From Takakia lepidozioides (lineage: Eukaryota; Plantae; Bryophyta), in NCBI GenBank assembly GCA_030704615.1, contig CM060734.1:30938001-31002000 (forward strand): DNA of 64,000 nucleotides. The letters are read 5' to 3'. Position numbers and translations under genes: made by a program. How positions within the stretch are numbered: the first letter of the stretch is position 1; each line of letters starts with the position of its first letter. A model generated the notes under the pieces. It saw only the letters and a list, made by a program, of their open reading frames with translations. It ran no database searches and had not been told where the DNA came from. Shown one piece after another: positions 23,513 to 37,921 of this stretch.

Positions 23513-26500
23513 TGGTTAGAAATTAGTGACTCTCTCAACACAGGGCCCACTCGTGAGGTAGCCTCCCTTATAGTGTTAGTCAGTTGGCCATCCAGGTTTC
23601 TAGCCTTTCCCCACCCACCACTGTTTATTACTAGTTAATGCACCCATTCAGATATATAGGCTGCCTTCTAAGGGCTTTGTATTCCGGCTGTAGTGTTCAT
23701 GCTTAGTAAAGCACTCAGGATGTTTTAACATGGTATCGGAGCTTAGGGCAGCCGTGGAAATCGAAGTGTAGAAAGTCATTGTAGAAGACTTCAAGACTTC
23801 AAACGTAGCTCAGTCTGCTCCGTCGCAGATGTGTAGTCTTTTGTAGGCTCCGTCTCATTGACTAGGAAGAGTCAATTCTTATTTCTTCTTCTCACTAATC
23901 GTTGTCTCCGGTACTAACATCATCTCTGAAGATGTCGATGCCACTAGATACAGTCCAACACATCAATATCTCGGAGTCCAATAAACTTGTTGGACAGCAG
24001 AACTGACACATCTGGAAGTTCAAACTGAGAACCATGATGCTTAGATAGGAACTACTTCTCTTCTTAGACACAGATGTGTCACCTCCAAAGGGACAACGAG
24101 AAGCTCACAACAAGAGAAAAAATAGAGTCGTTTCTATCATTTGTATAAGGTCATTCCTTACATATAAGATATCACCTGTCCTAGGAAGATGTATGTGAAG
24201 CTCTGGGAGCTTTATGAGGTCATGGCCACTTCCAGAAAGCTGATGCTACACAATCGTCTTGTTAACCTCCGCATGGAGGATGGTACGCCTATGGAAGTTT
24301 TCATTGAAACGGTATCTGATCTTGTGAATCAACTTGCAAGATTTGGAGACAAGATGGACGGGGAAATGATGGTGGAAATGGTGCTCAATGCCTTGCCAGA
24401 GAGCTACGAGCATTATGTTCAAGCTGTATTGAGCCAGAGAGATTTGCCGACCTTGGAGGAGGTCACCGCCAAACTCCATTACGAGGAAACTCGAAGAGAG
24501 TTGAGGGAACGTCAACAAAATAAAACTGAAGCTCTCTATGTTGAGTTTCGGAAGATGGATGGTCCTAGCCGTCGTTTTAGAGGTGACAAACGAGACTCTA
24601 GAGCTTCTACCGACAAGAAGCTATGCGCCCAGTCACTGGGCTAAAGACTGTGCTGTTCCATATGATCAGGTTCTAAAACTTCGCTCCCAGCAGATCAACC
24701 TTGTTGAAAATGATAGCGACAGTAACAATAGTGACATATAGTGATGATGTCATTGAAGTACTCGAAGCAGCTTTAGCAGTTATGGAAGTTGGAGAAAAAG
24801 ATGAAGTAAAACTATCAGCAGAGATCACTGATCAACATTAATGGTTTGTCGATTCTGGTGTTACAAAACACGTCACAGGAAATTCTGATCTTGTGTATGA
24901 TGTAGTACCATCCGGAAGCTCACATAATGTGAAATCTGCTGGTGGGCATGCACACAATGTCCTTGGCAAAGGCCATGCCAGAATAAGACTAAATGGTTCA
25001 ATAAAGAAAATATCTGACGTTCTTTACGTACCTGGCATAGACGAAATTTATTTCAGTAGCTGCAATGACTGATAGTGGACATTTAGCAATATTTGAATCC
25101 AGAAGATGTTTATTTATAGATAGGAAAGACCCCACAAAAATCATAGCGCACGGAACTAGAGATAGTCGAAATGGATTATACAAACTAGATACGAGCAAGT
25201 TCCTTGAAAGTCGTAGCATAGACACTAAAAAACAGATAGAAATAAATGCTTGTGACGAGGTTGTACCACAGATAGATTATCCTAAAAAGACTCAACTTTG
25301 GCATCGATGTTTGGGTCATCTAAACTTTAGGGGGCTCCACCAGTTATCTGCTCAGCACGGGCTGCTTACTAGGAAAACATCAACGAAAGAAATTTCCTAA
25401 GGTAGCTCAATATTGAGCTACTGAGATACTCCAACTGCTGCACACGGACTTGTGTGGTCCTATGCAGGCACCATCACTCTCAGGCTCAAGGTACTTTATG
25501 GCCATAACTGATGATTATAGCCGATACACATGGCTGTATTTTTTGAGAAGGAAAGATGAGGCTCTGCAAAGCATCAATATTTTCAAAAACATGATTGAGA
25601 ATGCGATTAGAAAGACGATCAAATGTTTGAGAGCAGATCGTGGTGGTGAATTTATGTCTCATGCTTTCACTAAATATCTCCATGAGCACGGGATCCGTAC
25701 ACGACAGCTCAGTCAACCTCGCACACCTCAGCAAAACGGTGTTTCAGAGCACAAAAATCGCATTCTACTTGAACGAGCAAGGAGTATGGTACTCGAAGCT
25801 GATCTACCAAAGTTTTCTGGTCAGAAGTTGTGAATACAACTGCTTCTCTGATACATCGGTGTCCTTCAAGTGCAAATGCTGGTATGACTCCACACGAGAA
25901 GTTTTCAGGTACCAAACCAGTGACATATCATCTTCGCATTTTTGGCAACAAGTCTTTTGTTCATGTTGATAAACAATACAGAGGTAGGCTGGATCCAAAA
26001 TCCATAGTTTGCATCCTAGTTGGTTATGACATCGAAGCGAAGGCTTACAGATTATTCAATCCTACCACTCGGAAGATCTTTGTTAGTCGGGATGTGACGT
26101 TTATTGAGAAGATCCCTGTTCAAGGAGATGCGCCTGAAGCATAGCGATACTCTGATCCACATCGAATGCATGATGGAGATGATGATTCTTCTGAAGAATC
26201 AATAGTCCAACAAATGGCCACAATACCGAATCCACCGACTGCTCCTGCTATTGACATTCACGTCGATCTTCAGATTAACCCGGAAGATGATGTACACATT
26301 GAAGATGAGCAAGCAGTACCTGCTGAACCAACTCACGAGCAAGTTGTCACTCCTGTGCACACTATTGAACGCAGATCAACAAGAGTTCGTCGAAGGCCAG
26401 CTCTCTAGGACGACTATGTGAATGTGGTTGAAAATGAGGAACCTACAAGCTTTCATGAAGCTTCTCAGGTGGAGGGCTGGTGCGATGCAATGCAGTCAGA

Positions 26501-26669
26501 AATGGACTCAATCTCCAAAAATAAAACTTGGGAATTAGTGGACCTTCCTCCTGGGAAAACTCCAATCACTGCTAAGTGGGTTTACAAAGTCAAGCAAAAA
26601 ATAGATGGGTCACCAGACAAGCTCAAAGCAAGGTTGGTTGCACGTGGCTTCCAACAACGCGTGTTTTGA
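23513..26669 (+). mobile_element. Ty1/copia LTR retrotransposon, decayed and 3'-truncated within RT
   Basis: Short 5' LTR ending TTAACA (23730) and PBS TGGTATCGGAGC (23731-23742). Gag (VLNALPESYE), protease (WFVDSG), GAG-pre-integrase (LWHRCLGH), integrase (TDLCGPM, DDYSRYTW, DRGGEF, PQQNGVSE) and RT start (KWVYKVK..KARLVARGF). Confidence 0.93.
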
Positions 26670-27400
26670 CTGCCTGGTAGCTCAGAATGCTATAAAATCA
26701 GGGTTCTCTGCCCATTTCTGGTAAATCAAACCCCAGCCCTCCTTGGATATTCAACATTACAATTATTCTTTTTTCTGGTTTCTTTTTGCTCCCATTACCT
26801 TGCTCTAGTTTGACCTTGGAGAATGGTTCTAGATGAACAAGTGTCAAGAACCATGACCACTTTTTCTCCTATACAGTGAAGCTTGGCTATTCTTTACTTA
26901 TACCCTGCTTTAACTGCAAATGGGCGAAGAAATGGGTCATGTTCCTGGTCACCCGATATCTTGGAAGCATGTTTGGGCAGACATTTGGAGGAAACATAAG
27001 CCATCCAAAATTTCCGCCTTCCTGTGGAGAATTGCTAATAAAATTATTCGAGTGGGAGCCCGTTATCTCTGATCCTCTTTCTTGTGCCACTTGTAATGCT
27101 AATTGTTCAGATGATATTGAACGTTGTCTTGTTCAATGCTTGCAGCAACAATGTGGGCACGTGCTACTTCGCTCTACAATCTCTAGAACATAGATCTCTA
27201 AAGCTAACAACTTGTTTTGTTTTTGCCCTGTTTGGGAATCTTTGAGATGAGCTATTCTTTGGCATATCTGGAAAATGCGTTGCTCTGTCTACCAAAATTC
27301 TCTTCCCTGTTTGCAGAGGGTGCTTGTCTTAGCTCACTCAGACCTCCTGTCTGAAACAAGAAAATCTTGGACTGTTCTTGTGGCAGCACTTCTCAGGTGT
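26670..27400 (+). mobile_element. L1-type LINE ORF2 C-terminal fragment
   Basis: CATCNANCSDDIERCLVQC (degenerate zf-RVT-like) and ILWHIWKMRC motif. Confidence 0.5.
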
Positions 27401-29801
27401 GGCGAATCCCGGAGCGCCCAACTCCTCGTTTCCTTTGACAATTCGTGGGGAAAAAATGGTATCTTCTGTAGGAGGATATCAGATTCCCGAATTGTGTGGT
27501 ATGAAGAAGTCCCAGCCTGTTGGCAATGCTGTCAACACCAGCCAATCTCCTCTGCAAGATGAAGATGCGGATGTCAGCTGGAGGCATGGGCAGTTGCAGG
27601 GTTGAGTGGACCAAAAATGGCAGATCATGCTCCATGAAAATCAATGACCAAAAAACAAAACATTGATGATACTATACAAAATATTTTTTTAGTGATAGAT
27701 AATGGTATACTGAACATATTTAGTAAAGAGTCATACCCCAAATATTAAAGATATAATTCCTTAAATATTTTAGTCTATTATTTAGATACATTATGAAAAA
27801 GTAAAAATTAGAGTTTACAAAAAAAATTCAATATGCCACCTAGACATTGAAGATTATAGGCTTTTATACTTCTAGAAAAAAAATGACACCCAAAATCCAA
27901 AAAACAAAATGAGTTGTGCACTTTTTAAAAAATGCCTATTTTTTGACATATATTAGTCCATATGAATCAAATGACAAATGATTTTGCCACTTCAAATCCA
28001 TACCTATGATGTGGACCAAAATGGCCACCTTAAGTCTAATTTTTAATGGAATTCACCAATGGCACATAGGAGAACTTGAGTCCATTGTAATTCCATTCAC
28101 TGCGGTACCAGTCCACAATGACGGTGTTCAAAAGTCCACAGGATTCGTGATTGGAGAGTTGCTATGGGTGCATATTGAAGCTAGGAATCCAATGACATAT
28201 ATATTTGCTGGTTTTAATGAGTTAATTCAAATTCAATTGATGACACCATCAATTGCTGTCATCTATAACTGTGCCGGTAACGTCCATTTTGGTCCAGTCA
28301 ACCCTGCATTCACCCACACAAGCATAGTCTAAGGAAGGGCAAACCTAAAGCTCATCTTTCCTTCGAAGCTCCCAAAAGGAAGAGAGGAAGTACTTAGGGA
28401 TAGACATAGTGCTCTATCATCTTCTGTCATCTTCTGTTTGTTCTTTCCTTAGGTTTCCTTCTGCTCCTTTGGATGTGCAACTTGTGGTAGAATTCAAAGG
28501 CCTTAGTCTACAGCTGGCTTAGTGCAGCATTTTAGTGTTTGTTGCTGCTCATATCTTCAGTTGTTTCTATAGTTGTCTTTGATTCCGCCTCCAACTTTTC
28601 TTTCATTTCCTTTTTACTGTTGGCTATGAGTGGAACCTCTTTCCTCTGCCTTCATGGCTTTCTTGCCTTACTTTTAATAAAGTTTCCAGGGCTACAATCC
28701 TAAATTATAGTTTCTAGTTTTCTATAACTTTGGCTACGGCCTGCCATGTCCCCTGTTCAGCCTTCATGGACCTCTTGGCAACGTTATTTTTTCCTTGCGG
28801 ATTCTTAATACATTTTGTGGGCCTCATTCCCCACTTTGCCCAAAATAAAAATAAAAATAACATATATATATACATATATTCTCCTAGGCTCCACATCCAT
28901 CCATGTACATGAACAAAATGCTCGTCTCCTTTGTTCCCGTGAAAATCTCGCAATTAACCCTGCTTGGGGGCCGGGCCGGGCCGGGCAGGCCCGGTGAAAA
29001 AACCTCGTGGTGCCATCTTGGTAGGGCACGTGTAACTTACATCGCGGTGCTAACCTAACAGAAGAGCGGGGTCTCAGTTAGCGCAACGGTGCCATTGTCA
29101 GGCCCGCTCGTGCGCTCAAACGCAGCAACAAACAAGGAGCGCACGACGGATTTACAACAGAGATGGCTGCCCAGGCTGCAGCAGATCGCGCTACTGTGGC
29201 CGGGCTATTGTGGAGGCAAAGCAGAAGAGACTAGGATCTGAGGGGGAAGACGCAGGAATTAGAGCAGCACACAATACCTACTTGGAGGATTTTTTTTGCG
29301 GGGGGGGTGGGGTTGGGAGGGGGAAAGACAGAGAAGAGAGGGGGTGCGGGAGGGAGGTATCCACTCCCTGTTGGCTGCGCCAGATCTGGGGCCTGCTGAA
29401 CTTGCGTTTTCGAGGAAGCGCTCGCTGTTTTGAGCTGTGTGGTGTGGTTGGTGAGAGCCGGCCATGCTATGGCAGAATGTAGTGAGCGGGGTATAAAACT
29501 GTGGAGCAGCGAGTGTGCGTCTGCGTGTCAGAATCCCCGAACTAACCATGACCCCTTCTTCCGTCTTGCGTCGGACTGTCTCCTTTGTGCATTTTAGGGC
29601 TGTTTGCTTGGGCGTGGGATCCGCTTTCAAGTGAGGCAACTGTGGCGAGTGTGGTTAGGGTGGGGGGTGTTTGGGCAGCATTGTTGTGTTATTAGTCTGC
29701 GAATACTTGGAGGACGGCGGTGTATTGCGGAAGCTCTCTTCTGTCGTGCAGGTGTTCAGCTCCTCAGCACTGGCTGGAATAGTAGCATTAGGGGTTAGAC
29801 G

Positions 29802-32800
29802 ATGGCGAAATCGAAGTCTGCAAAGAAAGTTCTGGACTCGTACACTGTGAAAGGCACTCACAAAGTGGTGAAAGGTAAGCGAATCGAAAGTGGTAAAGCG
29901 ATGTTTTGACATCTCATGTGCGTAGATGTGCGAAGTAGTAGGATTACCATAGTTGGCGTGATAGTAACGTGACGTGCGATTCTGGTGAGTGCAGCTGGGG
30001 ACTGTGTCTTGATGCGCGCTCAAGATTCTGACAAGCCTCCTTACGTAGCCAAGATAGAGAAAATAGAGGCAGACAGCAGGGGTAATGTCAAAGTCCGGGT
30101 GCGCTGGTACTATCGACCCGAAGAGTCCATGGGTGGGAGGCGGCAATTTCATGGTGCCAAGGAGTTGTTTCTGTCTGACCACTATGACATACAGAGTGCC
30201 GACACAATAGAGGGAAAATGCGTGGTGCATACCTTCAAGAACTACACAAAGCTGGAGAGTGTCGGCACCGATGACTACTTCTGCCGCTTTGAATACAAGG
30301 CAGCTACTGGCGGATTCACTCCTGATCGCGTTGCCGTGTATGTTATTTGCTTTAACTTCTGTCTCCACTATGCACCATTTAGGCTATAATGGTTTTAGGG
30401 CTTTGCATACCTCCCCTCTAGAGATGCGAGCAACGCAGTTACTTTTGTGGCATTGTGAATCCCGTTCTGGTAAGGGGACTGATCATTTAGTTTGATGAAC
30501 ATGGCTTGGATGTAGATACTGTAAGTGCGAGATGCCATACAACCCTGACGACTTGATGGTTCAGTGCGAGGTCTGCAAGGACTGGTAGGCCCATTCATCC
30601 CTCATTCCTCTCAACCAATTATTTGTGGTCGGACGAATGATGCTGCTTTAAGAAGAGAGGAGCATCTGATGACTTAGCTTTGTCTATTGTCCTCCTGCTT
30701 ACTTGTGTACGTTGTGCTCTAGAAGACTGAAGGTGTGAGCACATATTCCAGTGTCTGCTCCTGTATCAGAAGTTGTAAGAACATGTATTCAGTGATACTT
30801 CAAAACACAATCTCTTTTGGGGGGGTATTGGATTGGGGTATAATAGGTTTGGTTTCTTGAAAGCCAGTTGACAATTCGCAGAAAGCTGGCCGCCATGAAT
30901 TCAGCTATCACAAAATGCAGTGTCAGCATGTCTATTGAGTATATAGTGAGACATGAGCCAAGAGCATCTGTGCTTGGCTAGGAAATTTCTTCTCTTCAAT
31001 CTCAGGGGAGTTTCTGAGTTATTTGTGTGTTCTTCATATCAAACACGGGGCCCTACATTTATGTTGGATCTTTTGAGATACACTGACCTATTTAACGGCA
31101 ACAGGTACAGTTGCAAAGCAGTACTCTTTTGGGGCATATTGTCTATTCATAATAGTGATGGAGGTCACGGAAATAGGGGAGTATTGAACAGCATCTATGT
31201 TGCTCAGTTCGTACTGGTCCTATAATGTGGTACAAATTAGAGCCATTGTCTGGCCTCGTGGTTTGATTTGGCTGGGTGGGAGAGACTTGGAGACCGAACA
31301 TTTGAGAAGTAGTGGTGGTGTGCTGATGGAAGCGAGTGTCTTGAGGCCTCAAAGGTACAGCTAGCTGGGCCAGTGTGAATAATATGGAGGCATGTGCATG
31401 TGGGACATATGGGCATTCAGCTCAAAAGAAGAGCAAAGGCAGTCCCATTATTATAGAAGAGGGAGGGAGCTGATGAGGAGTGGGAATGGTTGGGCAAATG
31501 AATGCAGGTTTCACAGCTACTGTGTGGATTTGAGTACAGAACAGGTAACCAACATGGACAAATACGTCTGTGCAGGCTGTGGGCCTGAGAATCACAAACG
31601 GGGGAATGCAGTTTATAAGACCCCCGACACTAAGGTAATCTATAAGTGTCTAAGGCGCACTAATCGTCTTTACCTTTTCTCTCGGCTGCAGGTTCCACCC
31701 TTCTTGCATGAATTTTACACCAGATCAGGTAAAGAAGATGGAACAGTTAATGTGTCCCAATTGCTCCTCTCAGGTAGGAGACAAGAAGATGCGCCTCTTC
31801 TCTCCTAGAGCCTCGCCTCCTCCTGATCATACCAAGGTATGCCAATGCCTGCTACGCGTGCACTCAAAATGTTACCACCCTCATCACCTCCATGGTAAAC
31901 CAGCTGGTTGTGACGTAGCCCTGCCTCCTTTCACCAACTGGGTGGTATCTGCGATGTGCTCCAGACTTTTTAACTCGAGAAAATCATGCTCCAAATGATA
32001 ATTGTCATTCTGGCCTGGAATTGGCCAAGTGCATGTCTAGATGCATACTTACCCTTCTAACTGGGTTTGCTTAGGTTCCTGTATGTGATCTAACCACAAA
32101 TTTGATGACCATCATAGTGTGAAAGAGTGAAGACAATGTGTCTTTCATATTTTTGTGATGCAATGCTCACACCGCTGCCTCTCAAACCCTGTGTTGATGC
32201 TCAAGATGCATTAGTATGAGAGTCACAGTGTCTTCAAAATTAAGGTTGACTCTACTGGCAGCTGATGGGATGGTTACCATCACCTTTCATGGCAGCTTCT
32301 GTTCAGGCTAGCAAACATCATGGTTGTTCAGTTACGACTATCAGGTACAAGAGAGAAAGAACTGATTAGTTACAGGCATTGGGCGCAGTAAGCCTTGTCG
32401 TTTCGGGAGATACATGTGTCTGCTGCTTGCTTCCTCTGCAAGAGCAGATTGACTTGCCCCTTTGCACTTGCCCTCAAGAGTGCTGTAAACTGGGGCGAGT
32501 GCAGAGGTACATGATATTGGCTTGGCTTATACATGCCATTGGGCGACGTTTTCTGTTTCTGTTCCTTCCTCGAGGTTGGGAGCTGTTACAGCACAGTTGT
32601 TTAGGCGGAGTAGCTATGTGCCTGCACTTCTTTCCCTTCTGTGGTTTGTCTTCATGCTACTGCATGGATGCAGTGTGTCCATCCGTGCCTCTATCTGTGC
32701 TACCCACATGGTTCCTGCATTATGTGAATCTTGTGAGAGGCACCTTTCTTTTGCTTTCTGAGATACCTTTGCAGCTTCTTTGCATGTGTTCCAAGGCTTC

Positions 32801-33150
32801 CTCCCCCAGAGCAACTTGTGTATGTCTGTACCTCATGGACATTGAGGGGTGTAGGAAGAGACCAGCAAGTCTGAGCACACAACTCACACACTAGGACTTC
32901 CAAAGCTCCTGATCGAATACAGTGTAACAGCCTCGTGAAAGACAGTTAATTGCAGCCATCACTTGAACACAGAAATCGCTATCCACAGCACCCACTCCAC
33001 ATTTATTTGCATTACTCCTATTGTAAATCTGTCCAAACATCTCACTGCATGCATGTCTGTCTAATATGTGAACTATGTCATCTATGTAATCTGAGATGCC
33101 TGTGTGTTTTGTGATGCTTGCAGCCTGAACCAAAGCGCCGGAAGAGGTGA
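29802..33150 (+). CDS. EBS: BAH-PHD chromatin reader of the EBS/SHL family
   Basis: Exons 29802-29874, 29995-30337, 30516-30584, then either 31508-31634 or 31692-31836, then 33124-33150 (PEPKRRKR*). Motifs [28 protein letters not shown] and [20 protein letters not shown] versus SHL cannot be resolved. Confidence 0.95.
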
Positions 33151-34828
33151 TGATGTGTTGAGGAAGCTTTATTTATGGGCCTCACAGTGGTTTCACACTT
33201 TTTGGATTATAAAAAAGTGATTGGAAGGAAGAGGGTGTGAGGGTTGGTAAGGGGGTAAGGTGTAGGATAGTGGCCAAGGAGGAAAGAGGCAGTTAAGACA
33301 AAGATTGTGGTCGGAGCTGCTCCTTTGTAGAACCTCATAGCTGGGCACAGAGGAGAGATCTTGGCAGCCTCAGCCTTGTGTAATTGTGTTAAATGTGCCG
33401 TGTGTGGTTCAACTTGTAGCTGCACATGTGCGGAGCTGTCACAGTCACCAGGTGTATATCTCTGTGCCAAGGGCAGTGTATTGTTATCAGGATAAAGTTG
33501 CTGTGTAGTAGTACACTCATTTCAGGTTGTATCTGTCCCTGCTTCTCAGTTCATGTTTGCCAGCATTTGGCAATGAACAATGGAGTCCTGGTCCAGAAAT
33601 GGGACAGAAGCACGGCAGATTTGAGTAGCGACGGGAGTGTTGTTCGGATCATGCTGCTGGAAGAGGGGTTCCATATTGGCAGAACGGGAGTGGAGGCTGC
33701 AAGTTCGATATTGAGTGTAAAGCCTTCTTTCTCAAAATGAGATTTAATCAGTAGGCACTCTGAGAAGGGTTGTACCTAGTTAGCAAGATCTGCTCTTATC
33801 GACCTATATTTGCTTCAGTTCTTCAAACTTCATTGCATAGTTGAACGGTGTTGCTGCTGAGGTTTGAGTTCAGCTACTTCAGATTGTGGCATGCAGAAAC
33901 ATCTCCGCAAAGCAGTTTCAGTTGCAATTAAAGGCAATCCTGTAGGTAACTCCAGGATTCTTTATGTTTTAAAGGTGTTACAACAGGGAACCTGTCAATC
34001 AAACACTAAATGGTAAATGTACCATGACTTTGTTTGAGATTAACATGTTAGTGCAGCTGCCAACTGCATGCATGCCCAACCGTCACAATGCTGAAATGTG
34101 GAAGCTGCTCATGAGATACTACGTATACAAAGTAATCAACCTTTCTCAGTCAAGCCAGTCAGCAGTGGTCATTCACTGCGCCGTATCGTGTACTCAATGG
34201 TATCACAGGACTTGATGAATATGAGAATGTATGGATTAATAGTCCAAAATGGTTTGTGAGAGCATACAGGAATATAACTTGCGTCTATTTGTATGTCAGG
34301 GAAGAAATCTGATACCGGATAGAGCTTCCTTCTAAGCTTCCTTGACTGTGGGGCACTTGTATTGTAAATAGGGAGATAGGGCTCATGCCTACCACTGTAC
34401 CATAGAATGTGCCCCGCATCTGCTTATGCTAGGTAGGGCTCACCACCATATTAGCTGGTGTCGGCACCCATGGTATAATGGATAGTTATCTGATTGGCTG
34501 TACACAATAATAAAAGCCTAACAGGCTACTATGCCCTTGCATAATTAGCTACCGGACAGAGCAGGGTGAAGATTTTGCTTCTTGATCCACCTCGAATTCG
34601 ACAAAGCGTTGTCTTTCAGGGACCCTTCCTTCAAACTCCTTAAGAGTTGTGAAGTAGGCAAATTGGCTTGAGATGGACTGGAGTTCATTTACAATATCCT
34701 TCAAGGCATGCGGGTTATGGAGTTCAGCCAACATGCTGGTAGCCTGTTTTAGGTGTATGCATCCATCCTCTTAAGGAGATAAGAGCTAAGCTGGGAAAGT
34801 GTCACGCCACCATGAAAGAAGTGCCCAG

Positions 34829-36523
34829 CTACTTCACTGTGTCGAAGGTGGCCCACTCAGACACACTGGGTGTTGCTACCCCGACATTCCGCAGGTCTAC
34901 CAGATTTGCTGCAACAAGGAAACAAACCAGAAAACACAACCAGTCTTCTTCTAATCAGTTGCAGCCAAGTCCATGCCAGCCCCATTCTTTGAAAGAGAAC
35001 TCAACTCCAAAGGTATTCCAAATGTGTGAGGACAATTTTACCAGATGCAGCTGTGTTTGAGCGAGTGCTGCACACATGCCAAACCTATAACACTAAGTTA
35101 TTGGCTTCCAGTAAACACTAGAGGTCATGAACAGAGAACAATGTGAAGAGACAAAGCAATACCTTCAAGTAATACCGCTGGGATTCAATCAGAAGAGTAT
35201 GCCATATGGGCTGTCGGGCTTAGCATGGTGCAGCACTCAGTAACTACTGGGTGTAGTGTAACGCAAAATAGAACATGGAACAGGTGCAACACGTAAATGC
35301 GTTCGAATATATAGCTGCTTTTGACAGTCAAAAGTTAGCACCATCATTCCCGAGCACATTTGACTTCGGAGAGCCTAAGGTGGTCAATGGCACTGGATGT
35401 CATACCAGCGTGAATTTCGGATGTCGCTGCTGCAGTTGCATCAGCTAGGACCACAACTGAGGGATAGTCATGTGCGATGGCATCAAATGCCGTTGCTCGG
35501 ATGCAATTTGGAGTTTGCACCCCTGCACACCCAGTTTCGCAGTTAAAGCCCAGTCTAGCAAGGACTAGCAAAAAGGTGAAAGGCTGTCAGTCACACACGC
35601 ACCAGCCACAGCAATATGGGCAATGCCGACACGCCGCAGCACGAGGTCAAGGTTGGTGGCAAAGAAGGCACTGAAACGTGACTTTTGCAAAACATGCTCC
35701 CCAGTCTGCGGTGCAAGGCCATCCACAAGTGCAGCACCACTTGTGCCCTTCACCACCAGACCTTTGCTGCCGTCATACAGGTGCTGCCGTATAGACTCCA
35801 CATCCCTTCCACTTACATCATGCTCTCGCACCACCTGCCCACCCACCCAGCAGTGCTATTACAACTGAAAGCCAAGTTCTCCCTCCAAAGTCAAAGATTC
35901 AATCTTATGTAGTAGATGGGACCCCATTTTCTACAACTTTCCTCTCTCCATTGGTAACCACAGCCAAGCATTGATGTGCAGGAAGAACACTGTCCAGCAA
36001 GGTATATGACTAGATAGATCCTATAAACATAATGCATGAAACTATCTAAACATGGGCACTTAATGTGCAAGGCCAATGCTTTCAATAAGAACTGAGGTTA
36101 ACAAGGATCCAGGTTCACGAACATACATACCCATACAATAAATGCTCCTTTCTCTCGAGCAACAGCAACTGCACTCTTCACTCCAGGAAGAGCAGAAGGT
36201 CCCCCACGAACAAACAAAGGACTTTCTGGCTCAAGAAAATCATTCTACAGGCAGAATACAGATTCCAAATCAAAATCACTTAAACAGACAATCACCCTAG
36301 CAAGAAAAAGCTCACTAGTACTTTAGGTTTCAGAAGCTAAATTACTAGCTTTTGTGGGAGAGCAATCAACAACCCTTGTGCCCAGCCATTACGAATATCT
36401 GTTCCATCTTAAAGTCATCAATCCAACAGAAGTCATGTGACGCACCTGCATGTCCACCACCAGCAATGCTGTTTTGCGCCATTTGGAATCTTGCTTCGAA
36501 CCATTGGTATGTGCTGATACCAT
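34829..36523 (-). CDS. Isochorismatase/cysteine-hydrolase family protein (nicotinamidase-like, At3g16190-type)
   Basis: Exons 36523-36446, 36244-36131, 35834-35603, 35522-35406, about 34908-34829. Motifs TALLVVDMQNDF, KSRFSAFF, GVQTPNCIRATAFDA (D-K-C triad). Confidence 0.92.
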
Positions 36524-37921
36524 GTCTGTGATCCTGTTGGGTACTTGTCCGACTTTGAAAACAAACCTTGCGCGACAAATTTGCCTATTGGATACCCTTA
36601 CGCACGCAAATACACGGCAGCTACTGCAATCCTCCAAACCCCCAAAGAATTTTCCGTTAAATGTTGTAATTTAGGCAGGAACACTGATATACCTCAGATA
36701 CAAAGCTCCCTTGAATGCCTCTCAAATCCTTAACAGATCTTCCTCGGTCCATGAGCCATGAGGAATTTCTACCGTGGCACAACTCCACAGTGGTACATTT
36801 TGTCTTTTGGAAAAGCTTAGGATATAACAAGGGAATGTCACGAGTGATTTACAAAGGGAATGCATGCCTGAAATCCAAGAGTGTAAAATTGGGAAGGCAT
36901 GGAGACTCTAGGAGCTAGAGACAGAAATCGATTACAAAACCAAGCCTTCCTTCTTCCTTACCTTCGTGAAATCAACGTCCCGCTGCTGCACAACGTTGCA
37001 AACTTTATGACAGCTGAATAGCCATGTAGCAGGAAATTGCTCAAAGATAAGCGACGACCCGAACTATATAATCGACACAGCTGAGGGTTTAGGGGGGAAA
37101 AGGGATGGTAAATACATTTAGTAAGGTGATAAGATGGCCCACTTCGACTCCCGGAATGCCAGACCAAATGAGAAAGCTCCTACCCCGAATCCTAGATACA
37201 ACACGCTGTTTTCTCGCATAATTCAAGCCAAGGATTCCCCCCCTCAAGTCACAAACTGCAGCAAGCCACAGCCCTTCTCTGCCACCATCTCCGCGGACTG
37301 GTGTCTACGGTTCAGAAGGTAGGTATTCAGACTGTACATTTGTGCAATATACAGTATATAGGTGCAGTATGTGGTGGGTGCTAATAAGATGGTGAACTGG
37401 TGAGCTTCACGATGGCGTGCCCAGGTCCCACATCGCTGTGGCTGTGAGCCTTCCTGTACTGTAGTGTCAGGAACACCACGAGATTACTGCTAGTATCACA
37501 CGAGGTTGTCGGGTCAAGGAGAATTCAGATTCAAATGTCCCTTCTTTTGTAGCGACTCCTATGAGTTCCCATCAAGCAGGTGAGGGGTGGTGCTGTCACG
37601 GTCAGATTGTAAGCCTCTCAGGACGACAGGTATGCCCTGCGACCAGTGTGAGGGATGCTCTTGTTTTCCTGGCGAATCGACTCGTATGGATGAGCCGCAA
37701 TTTGCGAGCATTGCTTCAGGGTGCAGATTATGTGGTTCTTTTCAATTTGCTGTTGCAAGCACTGTGTAGGATTCCAGATCACGATCGTACATGAATACTG
37801 AGATCCACCTACTTGGACTATGTGTTGAGGTTGATACCATACTGATTGGTAAGTTTTGTTTGAGAGAAGTACTGCAGGTTTCTGAAGCATAGGAGCTGGA
37901 GGTGCAGTTGGAACCAGGCCA

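Noticed and set aside
29655-30368. 237-aa minus-strand ORF
   Set aside because: It is the antisense shadow of the conserved BAH exon.
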